A stretch of 63,858 bases of DNA, filler included, from Octopus bimaculoides (GCF_001194135.2; 6 parts of 6 records of this genome joined end to end with filler, not necessarily neighbours in it); one strand, 5' to 3'. Shown: positions 33,309 through 46,880, counted from the whole stretch's first letter. Numbers and translations are program-made. Notes: a model not told the origin generated them from the sequence alone.

Positions 33309-33534
33309 ATAATGTGCCAATCCACTACAGCTGTTTCGAACGAGTTTTTTATTCTATGACCGCTACTATTCATAGAATCATGAAGTGGCACAAACTGTTG
33401 GCTTTTGAATATTTTTGAATGCTGCTATTCATGTATTCACCTGATGAAAACTGGTTTCTTTTTCTGCTGATGTAATTTCTACAGCAATCAATTAAAAACT
33501 CGTTGGAAACAGTTGTAGTCGAGTGACACATTAT
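33309..33534 (+). mobile_element. ~225-bp element with ~40-bp terminal IR containing a decayed type I hammerhead-like motif
   Basis: IR 33311-33349 / 33494-33532 (5 mismatches); CTGATGA at 33441-33447, GAAAC-AGTT-GTA at 33506-33517. Confidence 0.6.
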
Positions 33535-34119
33535 CCATCTGTTGTTATTGATTTATTAATTATTCACACGGAACTTGCTCCTTGCGGAAATCCTAATTAT
33601 ATTTGGTGCAATGTCCGTTTCCTGAATTCCTTAGGGCTCATGGTATACTCAGTCGGGTACAGTTAATCGTATACATAACCTGAGCATCTTTTCGCCTGTA
33701 ATTCGGAACCCGCACCTGTATTCCTCTACTTCTTTTGTGTACACATTTCATTTTCCGACCTATCCAAGTGCCTTATTTAAATGCATGATGCACACGAATC
33801 CTGATCTATTATATACACTACCAGAAAGGCCACCCTCCCGGCGGGTTTCTGCTAGTTAAACCTGGAGTGAGTGTGTTTATATTACAAAGACAGCGTGTGT
33901 GTCTATATTAGAGACACAGTGTGTGTTTCTGGGTGTGTGTGTAAATAATGAATGAAATAAACATGAAATGAAGAAACCGTATAAATGAATCGTGCATTGG
34001 GATATTTAAATTTGTGAACTTGAAATATTCAATAATAAAAGATAGTTCAGAAAGTAAATACTCTTGAAAACTTCAATTTATAAAAAATCTCACTTGGTCA
34101 ATAAATATTTTTTTATAGT

Positions 34120-34272
34120 AGTTGTAATATATCTGTAATTGCTTCCCAACCACATGGTTCCGGGTTCAGTCCTACTGCGTGTCACCATGGGCAAGTGTCT
34201 TCTATTATAGCTCCGGGCCGACTAAAGCCTTGTGGGTGGATTTGGTAGACGGAAACTGAAAGAAGCCCGTCG

Positions 34273-34329
<57 letters not shown>

Positions 34330-34548
34330 TTGTGTATGTGTCTGTGTTTGTCCCCCACCATCGCTTGACAACCGATGTTGATGTGTTTACGTCCCCGTAA
34401 TTTGGCCGTTCGGCAAAACCGACCTATGGAATAAGTACTAGCGTTACAAAGAATAAGTCCTGGGGTCGATTTCTTCGACTAAAGGCGGTGCTCCAGCATG
34501 GCCGCAGTCAAGTGACTGAAACAAGTAAAGGAATAAAAGGATAAAAGA
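34120..34548 (+). mobile_element. SINE family C, near full length
   Basis: cacatggttccgggttcagtcc...gggcaagtgtcttc; internal (TA)n(TG)n. Confidence 0.9.
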
Positions 34549-34632
34549 ATATATATATATATATATATTGCATGTGCAATGAACACAAACTTAAAGCAAG
34601 AGACAACGAAAGAGAAACATGGTTTAACAAAT

Positions 34633-34674
<42 letters not shown>

Positions 34675-34675
34675 C

Positions 34676-34727
<52 letters not shown>

Positions 34728-37700
34728 CGATATAAATACATAATATATATATACATACACATGCATGTACATGTACATATGTATCATATATATGTATAAC
34801 ATACATACAGGCATGCACACACACACATATATATATATATATACATACACTACCATCTGCACACATACCTCATACTTTTCATGTTGATGCAGTATTTCAA
34901 TATATGATTATTTTACCCTTCACCGATACACTAAAAACTATTTTCAGATATTCACACATAACCTATTCTTTAATGCAGTAATTATTTTCAAGTTCTCCAT
35001 ATCCACGCTATCAGAAGAATGGAGCCAAAACATACCACGAATCTATCGTTCACAAATTACAGCATGTATTGTAAAAAACAAATAACACTGTTATTTTAAC
35101 TATTATTATTGAAATATTAGTCACGAAGCCAATATTTGAATGATATACTTTGACAAACCAGCTATTTATTCTTCTGAGTTTACAAATGTTCAGATAGAAA
35201 ATGAGACTGTTATGCCGTTACTTCTCAAATCCCCTGTGATTCAAGTGTCTCCGAAAAGTACTCCAATATTCATGTTCACACAAACTAGTATTTAGTCTCC
35301 AGTTGGATGATTTTCTTTTTTTTTTTACCATATGTATGATGTTGAGAGGAAATATAAAAGTAAAACATTTGTTTGGCATATGTACAAAAGCTTTATAGCA
35401 TCGTGAATTCTTAATTACGATGCAAGCTCAAGAATCCTGAGGCTAAACGCAAATTGACATCTCAATATAAAGTTTGTGATAACATTATATTATTGGTGAG
35501 TTTGTGAACAATGAAACAAAACAACAGCATAAAAGGAGATGCAGAAACATAACAGGATTGATTTGTTTAAATTGTCGTGTTTTGATTATTCTTATTCTTT
35601 AGATTACCGAGTATTGAAAAGTAGGATTTTAGAATCTCACAAAAAACGTCATCATTTTTCCTAATTTCTATTTAAATCACTTGGAAATTATTCTCGCTAC
35701 TATTGTCTACTATATGAATACCATAACTTCTTGAAATATAGGGATTTTGTGTAATGCCAAAATAAACCGGTATTTTGTTGCAAACACTCGACATACCAAT
35801 GGATTAAGATGGAGGTGAAATTAATTCGTGACCTGATTTTGGTTTCCTTTTCGTATTGTTAATTAGATTGTTATAATATCAGTCCATTGACGTCTCTACC
35901 TTCGTCTCTCCTTTCATTTCCATAAATCAAATCGTACTATCCCTAGTCAAAAGAAAAGGAAACATTCCTGAATCACACCTAGTATGTTTTTGATGTGGGG
36001 GTTTAGTTCCCCGTTGGTTAGCCTCTGGTATGAGAAATCATAGCTTCTTAGATTAGAGCAATTGTCGGGATGAAAAGAAGATCTGTTTCGGGTTTTGCCT
36101 TCTATCTGGGAATGAGGAAAAGATAAAAAGTACGGTTGTCATTTGAGCTGTAGCTAAGAAGAAGAGTAATTTCTGGTTCGAATGCTCATAAAATACAAAG
36201 TAGAGGATTATATTTTTGCCTTAAAATCGTCAGTTGTGCTACAAATGAATGCATAATTTCATTTATACATAAATATGATACGCATGGGATACGCATGATA
36301 GAACTACTCCATTTACCAGCTCTATCGTGTGTTGAGTTGATCCTAAAATCTCAGCCTAACTACAAGCTTGTCAATTGTACCAGTCCTATAGTACCCAAGT
36401 ACATATAGATGGACTGAAGTGTTGAATGGGAAAAGTTCTAGTTACGTTCTCCGCGTAATACTTCAGACATGGCAGACAAGAATAACTAATTTTACAGCTG
36501 TTAGTCTGAAGCACTATTGATCCTATAAGCAGCAACTCATATGAATAAGCTGTCTATATTAGACAAAATATTTACATAGAAAGCGAGATTATGTCACACC
36601 AGATGTTTGTGTTTATGCAAAGGGTATCAAGAGATGTTCGATGAGCGAGAGGATTTCAATGAGAAACGGTCATCTCAAAGGAGACAGAGTTTGCACAATG
36701 ACTATTGCACGAAATTCGGCCTTTCCATTATACATTCACAACCTCTCATTTCTGTGAAGATGGGAGTCTTCACATCTGGCCATGTTGTAAGAAGACAATA
36801 AACATCAAATATCGCTACTAAGTGTTATCGTTTTATAACTTCCTGTTTCAGATCACTAAGATCACCTGATGTACATACATACATACATACATACAAACAC
36901 ACATACATACATAAATACATTTATATATTGTATTTATCTCAAGTTACATAAATAATTAAACTGAAAGATTATACAATACCTGATTGCATATTTATTAACT
37001 ATTGCAGAAATAAAATGTTGACACCCCGATGAAAGCGAGCAAATGGAATCTCCGAAGCCATTGTAAAAGTTTATATATATTTATGCGATGATATAAGCAC
37101 ACATATGTGAAATTATGCGATTTGTAACCTTTAAAATGCGAAATGAAAGAAGTACGACATATCTTATTTGAATATTCATGTATTCCGCAATATAAGTACG
37201 TCTGGATAGGGGCAATACCTCAAATATTCGATAAAGTCATGGGTTGATATACCATTAGTGTATTTTTCAAAAATATCACTGAAAAAAATGCAATAGAAAT
37301 GGTTAAAACAGTTATAATAAACAGTCATGAGCGATAACCAAATAAATAATCAGCATTGATTGTTTTAAATGAGATATCAATTGCCAAACAATGGATTTCA
37401 AAATTATTACCATTGCTTAATCAGTCTCAATAGCTGGCTAGTCAATATATATTAGTAATCAATTTACTTTCTATCTGTTGCTTTCTCTCTCTCTTACTCT
37501 CTCTCTCTCTCCCTCTGTCTCTCTCTCTTTCTCTCTCTTTGTCTATTTTGGTCATCATGAAAGCAATGAGAAATAGCAATCAGGTTTTCATTAAACCCCA
37601 CTTTAACTGTTAAAAAGGGAAAATGACATCTTGATTATTGAAAAAATAAGTGGTAACTATATATAAATACAAGATTAAATTGTCACCAGTCACGGGTCTA

Positions 37701-37798
37701 AAGCCTTCACGATATGTTTGATTGATTAGAAATATTTTATGCTAAACAACAGGTATCGAAGTAGCTAAATACAGGTATATATATACATATATATATAC

Positions 37799-37861
<63 letters not shown>

Positions 37862-38273
37862 CAGAGGAGATAGTGAGTCAAATCGATAGATCTATCGATC
37901 GATCGATATATAGATAGATAGATAAGCATTATGTATATACATGCACATATATATACATGCATGTGTGTATATGTACATATATGTGAGAGGGGCTGCGTGC
38001 GCATAATTTAGATAGACAGATAAACATATTTATTTACAATCGCATCCACGTCCATACATACATAGTTATATATATACAGACATCCAAGAACTCATCCGTC
38101 TTGACATGCATCTATCCGTGCATACATACACACACCTATATATACATATACATACGTTCATCTTTCTATGCAAATGTACATCCTTCCATACATTCATACA
38201 TACGTACATATATACATACATACCTACACGTTTCTGTAAAAGTATTCATGTTGACATCGATTCCATTTCCCCA

Positions 38274-38335
<62 letters not shown>

Positions 38336-38640
38336 GTTTCCTTGTCTTTCTCTGTTCTCTTTGTATTCCATTGTATTCGGTTTCGTCTGGGTTTTTATTT
38401 ATGCATCAACATTATTCTCCTGCTAACTGATCTATCGTTCTCATTCTATCTCTTTGTTGTTTGGTAGTCAATCACTTTAGGATCAGTAACACATGAACTA
38501 CAGATCAATAAAACCATCTATCTGTTGAAAACTAGCTGAATCAATATAATTGAAACTGGTCACGTGTTGTCATAACATTCTTTATGTGTGTCTATCATAG
38601 ACGAATTTCTCTAATGTAAAGTCGTATGTTTCAAGCTGAT

Positions 38641-38688
<48 letters not shown>

Positions 38689-39269
38689 ATATATATATAT
38701 ATATATNNNNNNNNNNNNNNNNNNNNNNNNNNNNNNNNNNNNNNNNNNNNNNNNNNNNNNNNNNNNNNNNNNNNNNNNNNNNNNNNNNNNNNNNNNNNNN
38801 NNNNNNNNNNNNNNNNNNNNNNNNNNNNNNNNNNNNNNNNNNNNNNNNNNNNNNNNNNNNNNNNNNNNNNNNNNNNNNNNNNNNNNNNNNNNNNNNNNNN
38901 NNNNNNNNNNNNNNNNNNNNNNNNNNNNNNNNNNNNNNNNNNNNNNNNNNNNNNNNNNNNNNNNNNNNNNNNNNNNNNNNNNNNNNNNNNNNNNNNNNNN
39001 NNNNNNNNNNNNNNNNNNNNNNNNNNNNNNNNNNNNNNNNNNNNNNNNNNNNNNNNNNNNNNNNNNNNNNNNNNNNNNNNNNNNNNNNNNNNNNNNNNNN
39101 NNNNNNNNNNNNNNNNNNNNNNNNNNNNNNNNNNNNNNNNNNNNNNNNNNNNNNNNNNNNNNNNNNNNNNNNNNNNNNNNNNNNNNNNNNNNNNNNNNNN
39201 NNNNNNNNNNNTATATATACATACGTGCATATGTAGGTACAGGGCGTCACCAACTGTGTAAACAAAATG

Positions 39270-39530
39270 AATTACGTAAACAAACGAGTTAAATACGTCA
39301 ACAACGAGAGACAAAATGGAAAAGAGGACAAGTAAACACAGAGAAACGCATCTTCATCAGTTGTCGGCTGTCAATTTGCTCTTCATTTCGATCATTCAAC
39401 GACAATATGAGTCTTCAAAGACAGCTGCTCCCATATATTCCAAAATAACATTTAGGATTTATAGAGGATCAAAGTTGGGAATAAAAACAGGACAGTGGAG
39501 ACATACAAGGATACCGAACGAAAACACACA
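39270..39530 (-). mobile_element. second copy of the 31920 repeat family
   Basis: cttcatcagttgtcggctg, aaaaacaggacagtg. Confidence 0.55.
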
Positions 39531-39535
39531 CACAC

Positions 39536-39573
<38 letters not shown>

Positions 39574-39659
39574 CTGTCAGTCTCTCTGTCTCTGTCTCTC
39601 TCCCTCTATCTCTCTCTCTTTCTCTCTCTCGCTGTGTATACACACACACACACACACAT

Positions 39660-39830
39660 ACTATCTTTTTGGTGTTTTCTCTCATTTGACTGCTGTCATA
39701 CTTGGAGCGCCCGTTTCCAAAACTCATTTTTCTTAAAGCCTTATTCTCTCGGTCTCTTTTGTGGAAACGTAAACAAACGAACATCAGCTGTTATACGGTG
39801 GTGGGAGATAAACACATACACAAACAAAAA
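39660..39830 (-). mobile_element. SINE family C, 3' half, degraded
   Basis: catttgactgctgtcatacttggagcgcc...ttattctctcggtctctttt. Confidence 0.65.
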
Positions 39831-40294
39831 GATGCGTGCGCGTGCACGTGCACACACATGTGTATATATATATGTATATGCGTATCCCTACGCCCACCCT
39901 CACCTCAACCCACACCCCACCATTGCTTCCCCCATCCTTCGCCTCCTCCACACCACCCAACACCACCAAGCCACATCTTACAACACCACACACCAGCATA
40001 CCACAGCACACCACTCCGCACACACCAGCACTGACCACATCCCAGCACCCATACCGTCATCCACACTCCTACACATGCACACAGGCACACGTCAAGGTCA
40101 CCAGCCCCTATCCACACGCACATAGACGCTCTCATATACACACGCACGCCTACATTCGTTTTGGAATCACCACTACTTTTTTTATCTCCCCTTCTTCTTA
40201 GCTCTCCTGTCTGAGCACCTCTGTCTGGCAATCGCCATTATTGATCACTAGCCACTAAACCTTTTTTATTTTCTCTCTCTGCTTATTTCTGTGT

Positions 40295-40432
40295 TCCTTT
40301 CTGTTGAAAAACGTAGGCTTGAAACATAAAAGACTTTCTCACTTCACGAGCGTTAAACTAATACATCTGTTTGTTGTTTACACACCCGTCTTCGTCTTTT
40401 TGTTTGTTTTTACTTTTGTAAATTCCAGCTAT
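40295..40432 (+). mobile_element. ~135-bp microsatellite-associated element (hammerhead-like head)
   Basis: Homologous to the reverse complements of 57760-57884 and 63540-63615; all abut (TA)n/(CA)n. Confidence 0.7.
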
Positions 40433-40446
40433 ATATGCATATATAT

Positions 40447-40477
<31 letters not shown>

Positions 40478-40559
40478 NNNNNNNNNNNNNNNNNNNNNNN
40501 NNNNNNNNNNNNNNNNNNNNNNNNNNNNNNNNNNNNNNNNNNNNNNNNNNNNNNNNNNN

Positions 40560-40620
<61 letters not shown>

Positions 40621-41221
40621 TATATATGATTATATAGAAACTTCTTACTAGTTCAAATATGTTTGGGGCATTTTCGAGCCATTTAGTGTATTTTATCACA
40701 GAGAAAACTTGTCGCTGTAGGCAAATATGTGTAAATACACCGAGTGAGCTCACAGAGTCCCTAACCAGACTGTGGGATACTTGCATTTCAAAGTGGTAAT
40801 ATCTTCTTCAGGCGCAGAGATCGGAAAGGCAGTTGCTGCGAACTGACAGGGGAGACAAATCTCTCCTAAGATATTTCAGTCACCGTTCTATGACTAGTAG
40901 CGTTATTCCCGCAGCTCGCTGTAAATAAATTACGGGGAGGCAGCGCTAAGCAGTGATGTGTATAAATACAAACTTGTTAACAGTTCAACCATGCCTGTCA
41001 GTTCTTTAACAAGTAAAGTTTGAATTCCCTAAAACATATTAAGTCTTCAAATTACTAGGATATTTTCAATTGACTAAGCATTTTCATTTCTCCAGACGAC
41101 AGCACATTGACCCATATGCAAAAATGCACGCGCGCAAGCACACACAAGCACACATACACACACGGTCACACACACACACGCAACCACACACTGCTATGAT
41201 ATGTATCCTTGCCTTCATGCG

Positions 41222-41282
<61 letters not shown>

Positions 41283-41469
41283 ATACATATGTAAGTATAC
41301 ATATGTATATATATATATATATTTATATATTTATATATATATATGTGTGTGTGTGTGTATGTATGTATATATACATATATATACATATATATATACATCT
41401 ATGTGTATATATATATATATACATGTATGTATATGCGCATACGTATGAATATATATATGTATAAATACA

Positions 41470-41512
<43 letters not shown>

Positions 41513-42959
41513 NNNNNNNNNNNNNNNNNNNNNNNNNNNNNNNNNNNNNNNNNNNNNNNNNNNNNNNNNNNNNNNNNTATACATATATTAAAATGCCATA
41601 ATGGGAATGCTAACTTTTCAGCAAATACTCTTTATTGAGTGTGTGTCTATTTCTGTTGCACTCGTGCGTTCGATGAAGCTTGTTCAATATGTAGACATTT
41701 TCTTTTTAGTAATATTCCTTCCATATTACACGCCTTCCCTCGAACATTATGTAGCTCTGTATAAAAAGAAATTCTGTCTGAATGAAGGTACTATTTTAAA
41801 AATTATAATGTTAGTTTGTAAATTAAAATCAAATAATTTCAAATTTTCAAATTTTATTTCTAGCTGCGATATTTTAAGTTTTCTTGTTCTGTACTTTACC
41901 AGGCTTCTTAAGAATATTATTTCTCTTGCTCGCATTTTCCCATATAATTCACGCTTTTTCTAGGCTATGCTATTATGCTAATTAATAATGTGTCAAGATT
42001 CTACCTTACGAAAAATTGAATAATAAATTTGATTTCACGCACAAAAGTAAATAAATGAAAAATGTTTACAAAATTTACCAAACGCCGTAAAGTAATAGCT
42101 GAGCTGCGCGCACACACCTTCAAGTTAAAACGAAAGATTGCCAAAATGGCGAGGCTATTGCCAAATTTTCTAATATATTTTTTTTTTTTCATTTTTATGG
42201 TATAATTGCATTAATTAATACAGATGCCGTAATCAAACTAATTGCAATTTAGCGGTATCTTTGATAATTTTTTTCTTACGTCAATGATGCCAGTGACATA
42301 TATTAAAAGTCCCTTTATAGAACTATATTCATAAAAAAGGATTATCACCTTCCAATCTGAGAAACAAAAGCACATAACTTCTTTCGTTTAAAACTTCATT
42401 GCATGAGATTGATACCATGAAATTCTTCCAATTGAACTCTATCATTTAAGCGTTTTTTAAATGTAGTTTGTTTTTAAAATTCAAAAGTTAATCATACTTA
42501 AATCCATTTTTTTTTTTTGCCTTACTTATATTTTTTCATGATATTTTACCTCACAACTTTTGTTATACAAATTTTTGCTGCATGGGATCAAAACTATGAA
42601 ATTCCGCTTGATTTATTTTCATCTATCATTGAAATAAGACAAATATATTTTGCTTTTAAAGTAACAAAAGTTATTTAGATCGTAACTTGATTGGGGGCGT
42701 TACTTACTCTCCTCTTACGTTGCAACGAATTTTGATGTAAACATTTTTTCTACTGGACCAAATCTCAATTTTTGCTATGCCAAAATGTAGCTAGGGACCA
42801 GTTCTCCTCAAAAATACTAACAGTTTTTGATTTGGTTAAGTACTGAATTAGCGACAAAGCTCTGAAGATGTTGTGTGTGAGTAAATTGCAGCCTTAAGAA
42901 TATTATTCAACTACTACCGTAGTTGAATGATTGATGCACATTCTAAATGCTTATTTGAT

Positions 42960-43500
42960 AATGCATGAAAGCATATGAATGTTTGAAAAGAAACAAATTT
43001 TGAGTAGACTGATGAAGTGGTTTGCTCATCAACGAACGTCTGTGAGAAAGAAATTCAAAATGCTGTAGCCAAATTTGGTAGGCATATAGTAATAAAGGCT
43101 TGTTTCGAAGCTAGTGATGGATGACTATTGTAATTCACAGTAAAGATGGCTATAGTAATTCATAGTAAATCGCCAGGGAATGAGTAACAAAATTGCCCAA
43201 GCTAAAATAGATAGGTCATCAAAAAGAGGAAATTGTATTCTTTTGGAAGTTATTATTAGCTGTAGGCAAGCTTTGTTCATTATCGTAACGAAGCCCCCAA
43301 CACCTAGTTGTAAAAAAATATGAACGATTTGTCAGTATTCTGCTACACAATACGAGCATTTTTTTACAATTTCAAGAAATAATGTTTCATACTGAGAATC
43401 ATTAATGACTTTTTCTTTTCTACCTGGTACATGCCAGTTTTATACGAGAATCTGCTCAATGAGGTGTTTACTTATTTGTCAGCAATGATGGTAAAACAAT
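42960..43500 (+). mobile_element. highly degraded Tc1-like transposase remnant
   Basis: A*KHMN...*TDE, then AVAKFGRHIVIKACFEASDG*L..FTVKM, resembling WSDE and VKHGGGSVMVWGCF. Confidence 0.4.
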
Positions 43501-44667
43501 GTGCCTGTTCTTGCCGACCAGTCGTTACCCTACAATCCGGTCAAAAGAACTAGTTAAGATTATAGAAAGTGATGTTGGGAAAGGTACCAAAGACAAACAC
43601 CTCTTAATGCCATCAACAACTACAAATCTAAGTCTCCAATATTGACATTAGTAGCTTTGTGGACAGAACTAAAGACCATTATCTCTAGCAAATGCTTGGA
43701 AGAGTTTCAATTCGATGAGAAAGCAGAACATGCATTTCAGGGGACTGAGGCAGGGGATTTTCATTCTGTACTCCGGAGGGGATTCGGAGCAAATCTAAAT
43801 GAACACGCCATCGGAATCTCTTGAATATCAGATGTTAACAGAAGAAATAGTTGATTAAGAACTCATTGGTGAGCGTAAACATACTGGGTATGTTAACGAT
43901 AGAAACATTACCCAACAAAAACGCAGGTTCACTGTTATATGAGAATTCCTTTATTTACATCATTATTTCATATATTGACTAGTTATAAAAATCTGATGTT
44001 CGGCATCAGTATCAACGTCTTATTGCCTCAAAGCCTTACATTACACGGAAACTGCAGCGGTATAAACAAATGAAGCCTATTCTCCAAGCCAAATTATCAG
44101 AATATGGGTACAGCTGTTAAAGTCTGCTGATGTTGTTAATGACTGACAATTTACGGCTTATAATGTGAAGTAAGTTTATAAAATATACGCTTATGATTTA
44201 TATAGGTATATGATGTTTACAACATTTCCTGTAATTATATTATGTTTACAACATTTTCTGTGATTCTGTTATGAGTTATCATCTCTAACGTACTGCGTGT
44301 GTATTTGCTCTATCGCATGCGTATAATATTTTTACCTATTCTGGAATCGGATCACAAGATAGAATAGACACATTTCCCTTCTATAAATACAATATTACGT
44401 GGGTTCTCTCCCTGTCTCTCTCACTCCCCCCCTCTCTCTCTCTCTCTCTATACACACACATATATATGTATATATACATATATGTAGGTATATATACATG
44501 CATACATACATACATACATACATACATACATAAATACATGCATATATATTGGAAAAAAACGATGGTTTTTTTTTCCTTATGGGGTTTTTTCACGCTGACT
44601 ACTTGATAAATTCTTATAAAGATTTTATCCTATATTATATTATATATATATATATATACACACACAC

Positions 44668-44784
44668 ACGAAGAGGTGCTGAAAAGTTTCTAGCTTTGAA
44701 TGAAAGAAAATACAAGATCAGTTAATTATGATTTTATCCAACACATTCCTCTCTCAGATTCGCACACTTATTGCAGAGGTCGTC
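44668..44784 (-). mobile_element. mariner 3' end with TIR
   Basis: acgaagaggtgctgaaaagtt TIR-like end; the minus strand reads DLCNKCANL.., like mariner RW.KC...G.Y termini. Confidence 0.65.
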
Positions 44785-44848
44785 TAGATAGATAGATAGA
44801 TAGATAGATAGATACATACATACATACATAGATAGATGATAGACAGAT

Positions 44849-44907
<59 letters not shown>

Positions 44908-45029
44908 GGATGGATGGATGGATGGATGGATGGATGGAGAAATTTCTTGTCATCACGTATTTTTATCTTCATTGCGAAAAGTGGTGAGATCATGAGTTTC
45001 TTCTTCGGTGAGCGGGATAAAATCGATCG

Positions 45030-45070
45030 ATCTGACTAGTTTGGATGTTTATTAACACTTCATCAGAGAT
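45030..45070 (-). ncRNA. minimal type I hammerhead-ribozyme-like motif with G12C substitution (probably inactive)
   Basis: ATCT-CTGATGA-A-GTGTT(AATA)AACATC-CAAAC-TA-GTC-AGAT. Confidence 0.45.
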
Positions 45071-46169
45071 TGTTAGTTGAATGAAATTAATGTTTTTGTC
45101 AACCATAATGTCTATCTTTCATTGTAGAAATAAAAATGTGCACTTACTAAAAGCACACGTTCTAAAGTTTAGTTATCATCATTATTTATCGCGAACATTC
45201 CACTTCCTAACCGAAGCAATCCTTGAAACTGTTGATGCCTGATTTCTGCCTCATCAAAACTACTCATAGCACATAATATATTTGACCATTTATCTCATTC
45301 AGCTCTATTATATTTCGAGTCAAATGTTCCAACTTTTACGTTCAACAGTCACATTATTCTGGAGTAATGTGCTTCTCTCATGAACCATCTGATACAACTA
45401 AGTAGGTGACCAAAAGTCTGCTAATGTGATGGTGTACGTGTGCGTTCGTCTGCGTGCGTGCGTGCATTTTTGCATATATGACAATGTGCTGTCGTTTGGA
45501 GAAATGACAAACTTTGGTTAATTGAAATTATCTCAGTAATTAGGAAACAAAAATTCCCCCAAGCACTATCAAAATAAAAAGAACAAAAAAGCAAAAAGAA
45601 GCAAACCTACTATTTTGAGTTAATTCAAATTTCGCAAAATTAAGACAAATGCATTTTGGAGTGCCAATTGTTTATAAAGACAACTGTAATTACTTTCTCT
45701 GCAAAATGTCTATTAGCTGATAATAGAGTTGTCTTCGTCCTCTGACATTTCTCTATTTTAAATATACTTAGAAGAGTCTTTAATCTTCTACTTGCATGGG
45801 TAAATGCAGCTGTATGTGTGTTCAGAATGAAAAATAATCCATTGAGGTAGTTTCCCTCAAACCGTATTGCGTATACATACATACATACATACATACACTG
45901 TATACATACGTACGTACATGTATGTATGTATGTATGTATGTATGTAGGTAGGTAGGTATGTATGTATGTACAGTACAACCTGTGGAATAGTGTGCCTATC
46001 AGATGGGGAATTGAAAAGGTATGTCAAAAGATTTCTTACTGTGGCACCCGTTCTTTCAGCCAGCCAGCCAGCACAGTTGTGCATTATGCAGTAGAATGCG
46101 CAAATCTTTGGCTGGGATCAAGAGTCAAACGAGGGCCTCACGTTGCACCATCAATGACTTGTTTCAGTG

Positions 46170-46490
46170 ATTTTTTCTAACAATGATTCCGGGTTCAGTC
46201 CCACTGCATGGCAACTTGGGCAAGTGCCTTCTACTATAGCCACGGATCGACCAGCCGTATATGTGTGTTCGTGTGTCTTTGTATCTGTGCTTGTCTCCCT
46301 ATCACTGCTTGACAAGCGGTGTTGGTATGTTTACGTCCCCGTAACATAGCGTTTCGGCAAAAAACCCATAGAATAGGTAGTAGGCTTTAAAAATAAGTCC
46401 TGAGATCAATTTGTTTGACTAACACCCTTCAAGGCAGTGCTCAAGCATGATAGAAGTCAAATGACTGAAACAAGTAAAAGAATAAAAGAA
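46170..46490 (+). mobile_element. SINE family C
   Basis: gattccgggttcagtcccactgcatggcaacttgggcaagtg...gaaacaagtaaaagaataaaag. Confidence 0.85.
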
Positions 46491-46787
46491 TATATAGTTT
46501 ACTTTTCCGGTATCGTAAGATCGCTAAAATAGATACTCGATACGGTATGGGAGGTAAATTTGGTTTAATGTACACAGTATATAGTTATGATCTACGAATA
46601 GTTTCACGCATTGGAGATGTTTTCCTAACAGGTTTTAATAACAAACCTCTTGTCTCCAGGCAATCTTCTCGGCAATGAGCTTAGAGCCAGAGAGGTTGCT
46701 TGGTGACATTATGCATGTTATTAAAACCTGCTAGACATCTCCACTGCATGAAACTATTAGTAACTCATAACTATATATGCAATAAAC

Positions 46788-46880
46788 TAGATAGATAGAT
46801 AGATAGATATCTTTTTATTATAGCCACATAGGGCTAAATACAGAAAATGGACAAATTACAATGTAGAGCTTTTCTTGCGG
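46788..46880 (-). mobile_element. retroelement 3' end with (TATC)n tail
   Basis: (GATA)n + ttattatagccacatagggc...ggacaaattacaatgtagagctttt; homolog at 56048-56229. Confidence 0.6.

Noticed and set aside
39836-40201. His/Thr/Pro-rich ORFs
   Set aside because: Degenerate (CAC/CA)n low-complexity DNA open in several frames; no splice or homology support.
40730-41010. Possible promoter/enhancer (two TGTAAATA forkhead-like sites, TATAAATA, TCAGTT)
   Set aside because: Short AT-rich motifs are expected by chance, TATA-Inr spacing is off (about 39 nt), and no downstream gene was found.
43642-43824. 60-aa ORF MTLVALWTELKTIISSKCLEEFQFDEKAEH...
   Set aside because: No recognisable motif or splice context; adjacent to decayed transposon sequence.
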